Below are positions 1 to 6,185 of a DNA stretch of 32,000 bases, piece after piece. The notes beneath the pieces were generated by a model. The model was not told the DNA's origin. It was given only the letters and a program-made list of their open reading frames with translations, and searched no databases. This DNA is from Opitutales bacterium (GTDB taxonomy: Bacteria; Verrucomicrobiota; Verrucomicrobiia; Opitutales; PNEW01), in NCBI GenBank assembly GCA_965219535.1, contig CBDCNV010000002.1, positions 1,410,001 through 1,442,000 of the forward strand. Reading direction: 5' to 3'. Numbering within the stretch: the stretch's first letter is position 1; every line of letters begins with the position of its first letter. A program made the translations under genes and the position numbers.

Positions 1-94
1 TTTCTATCGATCCCAACTCATTGAGTGGATGGAGAAAACGGAAGATCCGATGCGGACCCAATTAGGAATTTAGATTTATGATGCTGTAAAGGTG

Positions 95-145
95 CTGCCC
101 GCCCTGAGCTCGATGATATCCCTGAGCTCGTCGAAGGGTCGAAGG
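95..145 (+). repeat. I module (CCTGAGC..GTCGAAGGG type), internally duplicated copy
   Basis: CTGCCCGCCCTGAGCTCGATGATATCCCTGAGCTCGTCGAAGGGTCGAAGG. Confidence 0.65.
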
Positions 146-175
146 TAAGCAAGCCATTCATGTATCTTTCTTTCT

Positions 176-250
176 GATATCCGACGTTTGATATTTGATG
201 TTTGATGTTTGAAGTGCTTTAATTACATCGCATATCAAATATCGGATATC
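176..250. repeat. GATATC-rich hairpin (F module) copy 1
   Basis: Arms GATATCCGACGTTTGATATTTGATG (176-200) and CATCGCATATCAAATATCGGATATC (226-250) pair at 21 of 25 positions. Confidence 0.8.
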
Positions 251-279
251 GTACCGAGGACGAAGTCCGACGTCTTCCA
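251..279 (+). repeat. G-element (GTACCGA-hairpin-GACATCTTCCA) copy 1
   Basis: GTACCGA GGAC-gaa-GTCC GACGTCTTCCA. Confidence 0.9.
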
Positions 280-297
280 AATCGTATATCTTTCCCA

Positions 298-333
298 CCG
301 AACCGTTGAACCGTGAACTGTGAACGGTGAACC
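298..333 (+). repeat. Degenerate GTGAAC-type heptamer array (5 units)
   Basis: CCGAACC GTTGAAC CGTGAAC TGTGAAC GGTGAAC C. Confidence 0.6.
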
Positions 334-383
334 CTCAAATTTCGATTGCAGAAAAGGGAAGTGTTATCAATCTGGAAAACACG

Positions 384-1145
384 ATGGGGAAATTAACGGG
401 TAAAGTTGCGCTGGTAACGGGCGGGGGTCGTGGACTTGGTCGGGCTTATGCGCTGCACCTGGCGAAACTGGGGGCGGATGTGGTGGTTAATGATATCAGC
501 ATGAAAGCGCATGAAGAGTACAATGAGGAAATCGGCGCGGACTCCGTTCCGGAAGAGATAGAAGCTCTGGGTGTGCAGGGCGTGGGGATTGTCGCTGATG
601 TGTCTGATAAAAAGCAGGTCGAGAAGATGGTGGCCGATATAGACGCAAAGTTCGGCCAACTGGATATTTTGATAAACAATGCGGGTGGCGCGCTCTGGGG
701 AGCCCGGGATTTTGATCCGATGTTTGCCTTGAATTTTCACGGGACAGTCTACTGTTGCGAGGCGGTCGCGGAAATTATGAAACGGCAGGGATCGGGCAAG
801 ATTGTTAATGTGGGCAGTCAGGCTGGAATGCGGGGAGGTGAAGGCGGTGCGTATGCAACAGCGAAGGCAGCAGTGATTCATTATACCCGCTGTTTGGCGC
901 TGAGCCTGGGACCGCATCAGATAAATGTAAACTGCATTGCACCGGCCTGGATATTAAGTTCACGCGCTATTGCGGGAGGTCGAGGAGAGAAGGAGACACG
1001 TGAAAAACTGGAGGCTACTATTGCCCTCGGTCGATTGGGTGTGCCGGATGACTGTGCAAAAGTCATTGAGTTTCTGGTCACGGATTTGTCAGACTATGTG
1101 ACCGGACAGACGATCGCGGTGTGTGGTGGCAATGTGCTGTTTTAA
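384..1145 (+). CDS. SDR-family oxidoreductase (short-chain dehydrogenase/reductase)
   Basis: ORF 327..1145. The translation has the TGGGRGLG Rossmann motif, NNAG and the YATAK catalytic motif. Start placed at ATG 384 (MGKLTGKVALVTGG) because the GTG at 327 lies inside the upstream GTGAAC heptamer array; exact start uncertain. Confidence 0.85.
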   Translation: MGKLTGKVALVTGGGRGLGRAYALHLAKLGADVVVNDISMKAHEEYNEEIGADSVPEEIEALGVQGVGIVADVSDKKQVEKMVADIDAKFGQLDILINNAGGALWGARDFDPMFALNFHGTVYCCEAVAEIMKRQGSGKIVNVGSQAGMRGGEGGAYATAKAAVIHYTRCLALSLGPHQINVNCIAPAWILSSRAIAGGRGEKETREKLEATIALGRLGVPDDCAKVIEFLVTDLSDYVTGQTIAVCGGNVLF

Positions 1146-1156
1146 ACGGAGCCTAT

Positions 1157-2272
1157 ATGAAGATAACTGAGATCAAACCCATCCTCACCGATCGTTATCT
1201 ACTTGTTCGTGTCTATACCGATGCTGGCATTGTGGGCAATGGCGAATCCGGTTGTTGGGCGCATCATAAACCAGTAGCTGAGACAATCAGGGAATTCAGC
1301 AATTACTTTATTGGCAAAGATCCCCGGTTAATCGAGCACCACCACCAGGTGTTGTCGCGGCAGACCCATTTTATGGGGGCGGTGATCAGTTCAGCGCTCA
1401 GCGCAATAGATATTGCGCTGTGGGATATTTTAGGAAAGTCGGTTGACCTGCCGGTGTATCAACTCCTTGGAGGAAAATGTCGCGAGAAGGTGCGGGTTTT
1501 TAATAACGTCAATGGCGATACTCTCGATGAGCGGGTCGCGTCGGCAAATCAAGCTGTTGTCGACGGGTTCACCTCATTGAGAATGACACCATTCTTCAGT
1601 GGGTTTGAAGAAAAGGATTCTACCGAGGTAATCACGACGGCCGTAGAGATGGTGGCTGCCGTGCGCGGTGCGGTTGGCGATAAGATTGACCTGGGTCTTG
1701 AGATCCATCGGAACCTTCAGCCCGATGAAGCGATCACCCTCGCGCAGGAACTGCGACCCTTTAAACTCAAATATTATGAAGACCCTCTCGCGCCCGAATG
1801 CAATGAAGCCCTTGAATATATCGCGCGTCAAATTGACATCCCGATGGCTGTTGGTGAACGCAGTTACAATCTGTTTCAATTTAAGGAACTGATTGATAAA
1901 AAAATCGCGTCGTTTATTCGTCCTGACGTGTCTCTCGCGGGTGGCTTTACCCAGGTGAAAAAAATCGCGGGGATTGCGGAGTCTGCTTTTGTGCAAATAT
2001 TTCCTCACCTCATGGGCAGCCCGGTTAACAATGCGGCTTTCACCCATTTAGCCGCGGCCATTCCCAATTATTATGTAATGGAATCGAATGCCCATTCCGA
2101 TGAACAATTGTCGCTCGTCGATAATCCCTTTCAAGTGTGTGACGGTTATCGGGAAATTCCAGACCGCCCCGGCATCGGCGTAGAAATAGATGAAGCCCGG
2201 TGTGAAAAGACACCCTTTGTCGGCCGTCAAATTTCAGGGAGTTTCCATGAGGATGGTTCCGTTGCGCATTGA
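1157..2272 (+). CDS. Enolase-superfamily enzyme (mandelate racemase/muconate lactonizing family, sugar-acid dehydratase-like)
   Basis: ORF 1121..2272. Start moved to ATG 1157 (MKITEIKPILTDRYLLVRV...), preceded by GGAG at 1148-1151 and 11 nt after the SDR stop, so probably the same operon. N-terminal capping domain plus barrel with acidic-ligand segments (LEIHRNL, YYEDP, VGERS) typical of this superfamily. Substrate unknown. Confidence 0.85.
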   Translation: MKITEIKPILTDRYLLVRVYTDAGIVGNGESGCWAHHKPVAETIREFSNYFIGKDPRLIEHHHQVLSRQTHFMGAVISSALSAIDIALWDILGKSVDLPVYQLLGGKCREKVRVFNNVNGDTLDERVASANQAVVDGFTSLRMTPFFSGFEEKDSTEVITTAVEMVAAVRGAVGDKIDLGLEIHRNLQPDEAITLAQELRPFKLKYYEDPLAPECNEALEYIARQIDIPMAVGERSYNLFQFKELIDKKIASFIRPDVSLAGGFTQVKKIAGIAESAFVQIFPHLMGSPVNNAAFTHLAAAIPNYYVMESNAHSDEQLSLVDNPFQVCDGYREIPDRPGIGVEIDEARCEKTPFVGRQISGSFHEDGSVAH

Positions 2273-2278
2273 ATATGA

Positions 2279-2307
2279 GTCAAAAGTCGAAGGTCTAAAG
2301 TCGAAAG
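2279..2307 (+). repeat. GTCGAAR heptamer array (C module)
   Basis: GTCAAAAGTCGAAGGTCTAAAGTCGAAAG. Begins 6 nt after the enolase-family stop. Confidence 0.8.
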
Positions 2308-2322
2308 CGTGGGAGAAGAATA

Positions 2323-2339
2323 GTGAACAGTAAACAGTG
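2323..2339 (+). repeat. GTGAACA/GTAAACA heptamer array (A module)
   Basis: GTGAACAGTAAACAGTG, abutting G-element copy 2. Confidence 0.8.
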
Positions 2340-2367
2340 TACCGAGGGTATATCCCGACATCTTCCA
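2339..2367 (+). repeat. G-element copy 2
   Basis: GTACCGA GGG-tatat-CCC GACATCTTCCA. Confidence 0.9.
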
Positions 2368-2374
2368 CGGTGGA

Positions 2375-2395
2375 CAGTGAACAGTAAACAGTGAG
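2375..2395 (+). repeat. A module
   Basis: CAGTGAACAGTAAACAGTGAG. Confidence 0.8.
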
Positions 2396-2420
2396 GGATG
2401 CTATCCGTATATCCATATTA

Positions 2421-2523
2421 GTGATATCCGGAGTTTGATATCCGATATGAGAGATGTCGGTTTTTAACCTCGGTACGATTTTTGAAGTGTTAGAATTATA
2501 TCGTAAATCGCATATCGAATATC
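2421..2523. repeat. F module copy 2, interrupted by G-element copy 3
   Basis: GTGATATCCGGAGTTTGATATCCGATATGA [G3] GATTTTTGAAGTGTTAGAATTATATCGTAAATCGCATATCGAATATC. The right half is similar to 205-250. Confidence 0.75.
2451..2476 (-). repeat. G-element copy 3 (nested in the loop of a GATATC-rich hairpin)
   Basis: Reverse complement reads GTACCGA GGTT-aaa-AACC GACATCTC. Confidence 0.85.
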
Positions 2524-2552
2524 GTACCGAGGACGAAGTCCGACATCTTCCA
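2524..2552 (+). repeat. G-element copy 4
   Basis: GTACCGA GGAC-gaa-GTCC GACATCTTCCA. With its 17-nt tail it is a near-identical 46-mer to 251..296 (1 mismatch). Confidence 0.9.
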
Positions 2553-2570
2553 AATCGTATATCTTTCCCC

Positions 2571-2600
2571 CGCCTGTCCTGAGCTTGACGAAGGGACACC
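2571..2600 (+). repeat. I module
   Basis: CGCCTGTCCTGAGCTTGACGAAGGGACACC. Confidence 0.7.
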
Positions 2601-2619
2601 TGAAACCCTTTCGCGTTTA

Positions 2620-2652
2620 CTTTTTGACTTTTTGACCTTTTGACTTTTTGAC
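2620..2652 (-). repeat. GTCAAAAG octamer array (B module), 4 units
   Basis: CTTTTTGAC TTTTTGAC CTTTTGAC TTTTTGAC on the plus strand. Confidence 0.85.
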
Positions 2653-2687
2653 GGAGGGAATGTTCGGTTCACCGAACACCTCCCTCC
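2653..2687. repeat. Strong hairpin enclosing the stop codon of the SBP-permease gene
   Basis: GGAGGGA..GTTCGG-ttca-CCGAAC..TCCCTCC, a two-part stem of about 13 bp. No U-tract follows on the gene strand (GTCAAAAAG array instead). Confidence 0.7.
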
Positions 2688-5600
2688 ATCCTAATCCGCG
2701 GATCGAGCCACATGAGCAGAAGGTCGCTGACAAGGGTGCCTAAGACTCCGAACAGGCTGAGTACCATGAGCATCGATCCGGCCAGATACATATCTTCTAT
2801 CATCAGGGCATCGAGCAATAACGGGCCGACGGTGGGCAAGCTGAGCACCATCGCGACAATGGCACCGCCGGAGACGAGTTGGGGAAAGATCGCGCCGATA
2901 CTGGAGATAAACGGATTGAGCGCCAGGCGCACAGGATATTTAATCAACACTTTAAAAGGTCGCAACCCTTTGGCTATCGCGGTAATAACGTAAGGTTTTC
3001 TCAACTCGTCGAGCAAGTTGCCACGCATGACCCGGATCATACTCGCGGTTCCCGTGACACCGAGGACGACAATGGGCACCCAGATGTGCTGCAGCAGGTC
3101 GACAATTTTTCCTCTTGTCCACTCCGGTTGGACAGCGTACTCGGGTGAATACAGACCCGTGACATTAATGCCCAGATACTTCGCACTCCAATAGAGCAGA
3201 ATCAGTGCGAGGAGAAAACTGGGAACACTCATCCCGATGAAACCGATCAACGTAAATAGATAATCACCCAAGGTATATTGGCGAACGGCCGAATAGATGC
3301 CGATGGGCAGAGCGACAGCCCAGGTAAATAAAATGGTGCCAAGTGAAATAAGAAAAGTAAGCAGGATGCGATCGCCTACCACTTCATTGACGGTGTTTTG
3401 GTTCTCCATCGACAATCCCATGTGACCCTGCAGTAATCCCTGGTCTTTCTTTTCAAAGGAAGTAAACCAGTAAAGCCCAAGCCAGCGGGCGTACTGCTCG
3501 GTGATGGGCTCATCGAGGTTAAAAATCTCGCGCAGCTTATCGACTTCTTTCATATCCGAGCTGCTGCCTCTTAACTGCAGCTCCATGATTTTAGTATCGA
3601 TGAAATTCCCCGGTGGCAGCTGGATGATTACAAAAGAAATGACCGAGATGATGAGCAGCGACGGAATCATGATGAGCAACCGCCTTCCGATGTAAGGGTG
3701 CCGCACCCCGGTCATTATTATACCGCAGACAAAAACACCGATAAACAAATACTTAATCAGTAATCCCAGGCGATTAACGCTTTTCGATTCACCTTCGGCG
3801 TCAACCAGACCGTAAGGGGCAGGAGTGATTTCGATTAATTCTTTTTTTATCTGCGCAATCGTTCCAGGAGAATGATAAGAATCTTCGAAATAGTAGGTTT
3901 CTAACCCCGCGTGGGCGGGTGGGTGGAAGCGATTACCATAAAACGCGAGGCGGGGAACATTTTTAAAATCGTTTTTGACCACGACCGGGTGCGGCGGCGC
4001 AGTACCTATATTGATCGACCAGACATTTTCTGCCGCGATGTCGAATATTTTATGGAATTGTTCACGTTGCGCTTCACGGGTGGTCGCACCGAAAGCGGAT
4101 TCGAGCAGTATCATCGATCGCCGTAAGGGATGATCGATCGGGGGCTCGATCCCGCCGAATTGAGTGGCTTCAGGATTGCCTGAAAGTCCCCCTCCTAAAT
4201 ACCACTTAAAATAGCCGAATGCTTGAAGACCTGTTAACCCAACAAATCTTTCAGGTCCCACAAGAGGATTGAATTCACTTTCGGTGGCCCAAATGGAAAT
4301 TTCCACTTGGCGCGAATTTTGTTCTGCGGAAAAGAGCGGTAGCGAAGGCTGACGTCGGATAGCGCGAATACCGACACGGCCCCAATCTTCGATGACGAGC
4401 TCAGTAGGCCCCTCGTCTTCCCCCTCCGGCAATGAATAATGCCAGGTCATACGCGTGCCGTCCTTAAACGTGCGGTAACCTTCTGAATCCCTGCCGGTGA
4501 GACCTATCGCATCGAGTATTTGATTGGCCTGTTCGGGCGCATAATCGGTAAAACTTTTATGCAGTTTTTCATGGTGAAAATACGATTCCCTTCCGGGTGA
4601 TAACTGCGCGGGCTCTCCCATCCCATTATAAACGATATCGATGATTTGCCGGCGGTTGATGGCGAGGGAGAGCGCCTGGCGGAAACGCTTGTCTATTAAA
4701 AGATCATGTTTCATCTGGGTGACCGGATTATCGGGATCGACCAAAAGGTTCATATTCGCATGGATGAGGTAACGCGAGCGTGTAGCGGGAAACCAGTGAT
4801 ACACTTCGTAATCATTGTCTTCTCGTTGTGACATGAGAAGGGTGTATGAGAGTTCCATATTCCAAATTAAGAAGGTGATCGCCCCGCTGGCAGCTGATAC
4901 AGGTATCAGATTATAATTTTTTACTTCGTAAAATAATTGATCCACATAGGGGAGCTGATTGCCTTCGGTATCAACGGCCCAGTAGTAGGGATTGCGGACA
5001 AAAACCTGGGGAGGGTTGGCGTTATAAGTACGATAGATCCAGGGCCAAAGTCGCGGGATTGCGGGGTTTGACCAAAGTTTCAATAAATAGTAGAGCCTAC
5101 TGCGCGACGGCAATCTTCTCTCCTCCAGGGTAGCCTCGATGAGCGCGTCATCGCCGATTACAGGGTTATACTTTTCCAGGTAATGACGGGGCGCGCAATA
5201 TTCAGTGGCTCGAGCCAGGCGTTCAAGAAATGTTCCATAAGGTTGAGGGAAAACGAACTTTACGGTGTGATCATCGATTTTTATAACATCCCCTCTCTTA
5301 CCGCCTATATCCATCCAATCGGCAGTTTCCATCCCAAGGATATTAAAAGGTATTTCTTTTTCCCACCAGTAGAGGATATCATCGACGGTAAAAGGGTGTC
5401 CATCAGACCATTTCATCCCTTTTCGCAGGTAAAAGGTCCATTCCCTCTTGTCGGGACTGGATTCCCAACCCTTGGCGACGTGAGGCACGATCGGGTAACC
5501 GAGCGCAGAGAAGCGCACTAGCGTGGATCCGGCATAATATCCCTTGACTCCACCCACTTCTGTTGGGGAACCCACCACTTGCAACCAGGTACCGCCATAG

Positions 5601-5953
5601 TTGCCGATACTGTCCACTCCTTTGAGCACCACCGGCTCGGGCCCCACACGTTCAGCAACCGGTGGCAGTTTTCCCTCCTTTACCAAGTCAGTAAAAAGGG
5701 GTGATTCGGATTTTGGATACCACGTGCTCGATTCACCCACACTGTAGTCAACATCCTGTTGAATTTGAAAAATATCATCCTCGGTGAAACTCACATCTCT
5801 TGAATTATTTATGAATTCAATTTCCTCCGGGTCATAGTAAATGGGTTCCTCTTCCAGATCCGGTTTTAAGATATCACTCCAGAGATATAGAAAACCGAAA
5901 AAGCAACAACCCGTGAGGAAGAGAAGAAGGAAGGTTTTTAAAATTTTATTCAT
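2669..5953 (-). CDS. Fused ABC-transporter protein: N-terminal TM anchor + family-5 (Dpp/Opp-type) solute-binding domain + linker TM + DppB/OppB-type permease
   Basis: 1094-aa ORF. It has a TM helix at the N-terminus (FLLLFLTGCCFFGFLYLW) followed by an SBP_bac_5-like core (VPHVAKGWESSPDKREWTFYLRKGMKWSDGHPFTVDD). An extra TM helix follows (LIKYLFIGVFVCGIIMTGV, about nt 3700-3775). The canonical DppB-like permease then starts at RRLLIMIPSLL, with EAA-loop region YVITAIAKGLRPFKVLIKYPVRLALNP and C-terminal LDPRIR. Confidence 0.9.
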   Translation of the reverse strand: MNKILKTFLLLFLTGCCFFGFLYLWSDILKPDLEEEPIYYDPEEIEFINNSRDVSFTEDDIFQIQQDVDYSVGESSTWYPKSESPLFTDLVKEGKLPPVAERVGPEPVVLKGVDSIGNYGGTWLQVVGSPTEVGGVKGYYAGSTLVRFSALGYPIVPHVAKGWESSPDKREWTFYLRKGMKWSDGHPFTVDDILYWWEKEIPFNILGMETADWMDIGGKRGDVIKIDDHTVKFVFPQPYGTFLERLARATEYCAPRHYLEKYNPVIGDDALIEATLEERRLPSRSRLYYLLKLWSNPAIPRLWPWIYRTYNANPPQVFVRNPYYWAVDTEGNQLPYVDQLFYEVKNYNLIPVSAASGAITFLIWNMELSYTLLMSQREDNDYEVYHWFPATRSRYLIHANMNLLVDPDNPVTQMKHDLLIDKRFRQALSLAINRRQIIDIVYNGMGEPAQLSPGRESYFHHEKLHKSFTDYAPEQANQILDAIGLTGRDSEGYRTFKDGTRMTWHYSLPEGEDEGPTELVIEDWGRVGIRAIRRQPSLPLFSAEQNSRQVEISIWATESEFNPLVGPERFVGLTGLQAFGYFKWYLGGGLSGNPEATQFGGIEPPIDHPLRRSMILLESAFGATTREAQREQFHKIFDIAAENVWSINIGTAPPHPVVVKNDFKNVPRLAFYGNRFHPPAHAGLETYYFEDSYHSPGTIAQIKKELIEITPAPYGLVDAEGESKSVNRLGLLIKYLFIGVFVCGIIMTGVRHPYIGRRLLIMIPSLLIISVISFVIIQLPPGNFIDTKIMELQLRGSSSDMKEVDKLREIFNLDEPITEQYARWLGLYWFTSFEKKDQGLLQGHMGLSMENQNTVNEVVGDRILLTFLISLGTILFTWAVALPIGIYSAVRQYTLGDYLFTLIGFIGMSVPSFLLALILLYWSAKYLGINVTGLYSPEYAVQPEWTRGKIVDLLQHIWVPIVVLGVTGTASMIRVMRGNLLDELRKPYVITAIAKGLRPFKVLIKYPVRLALNPFISSIGAIFPQLVSGGAIVAMVLSLPTVGPLLLDALMIEDMYLAGSMLMVLSLFGVLGTLVSDLLLMWLDPRIRMEGGVR

Positions 5954-5983
5954 CTAAAGGAATAAGCTCATTGTGAGCTTATT

Positions 5984-6010
5984 CAGTGAACAGTAAACAG
6001 TGAACAGTGG
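5984..6010 (+). repeat. A module upstream of SBP-permease gene 1
   Basis: CAGTGAACAGTAAACAGTGAACAGTGG. Confidence 0.85.
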
Positions 6011-6037
6011 AGAATCAGTGTTAAATTTTAGTTGAGA

Positions 6038-6111
6038 GGTGGAGCGGGCTGTCCCCAGCGCGCTTACTTTTTAAAAATTTATATAAACGTGCTGGGACAG
6101 CCCGTTCCACC
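6038..6111. repeat. Long hairpin (O module pair): about 24-bp GC-rich stem, 25-nt AT-rich loop
   Basis: GGTGGAGCGGGCTGTCCCCAGCGCG ...CTTACTTTTTAAAAATTTATATAAA... CGTGCTGGGACAGCCCGTTCCACC. Confidence 0.85.
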
Positions 6112-6130
6112 TAATACGCTTTTGCGTCTT

Positions 6131-6185
6131 TACCTAAAACTTGACACTTAAAACCTAACACGCGCGATGACTTCCGTCATCGCGC
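6131..6185 (-). terminator. Hairpin containing the stop codon + U-rich heptamer array 3' of the SBP-permease paralogue
   Basis: GCGCGATGA-cttccg-TCATCGCGC (6162-6185, 9-bp stem; the stop codon is in one arm). On the transcript it is followed by GUGUUAGGUUUUAAGUGUCAAGUUUUAGG. Confidence 0.45.

Larger units (their letters stand above)
2669..6010 (-). repeat. Tandem duplication unit 1 (SBP-permease gene + conserved leader + GTGAACA array)
   Basis: Homologous throughout to 6177..9520 (period about 3508-3510 nt), including the leader CATCTAAAGGAATAAGCTCA and the array CAGTGAACAGTAAACAGTGAACAGTG. Confidence 0.9.

Noticed and set aside
2234-2599. ORFs lying in repeat-filled spacers (2234..2599, 9481..9678, 16829..17047, 16932..17138, 16951..17205, 16985..17275, 22326..22547, 23525..23710, 26968..27219, 27020..27283, 29100..29285).
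   Set aside because: They are composed of the intergenic repeat modules (heptamer arrays, G-elements, I module), have low-complexity translations and overlap each other on both strands. They are treated as ORF-finder artefacts.
2653-2687. A canonical Rho-independent terminator for SBP-permease gene 1 (and likewise 22232-22246 for the MlrC-like gene).
   Set aside because: The hairpins are followed by A-rich GTCAAAAG arrays rather than a U-tract on the transcribed strand, so they are annotated only as hairpins.
5860-5953. A lipoprotein lipobox (LTGC) at the N-terminus of the fused transporter.
   Set aside because: The Cys is not conserved in the paralogue (LTGF), and the following residues continue a hydrophobic helix. 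An uncleaved TM anchor fits the fusion topology better.
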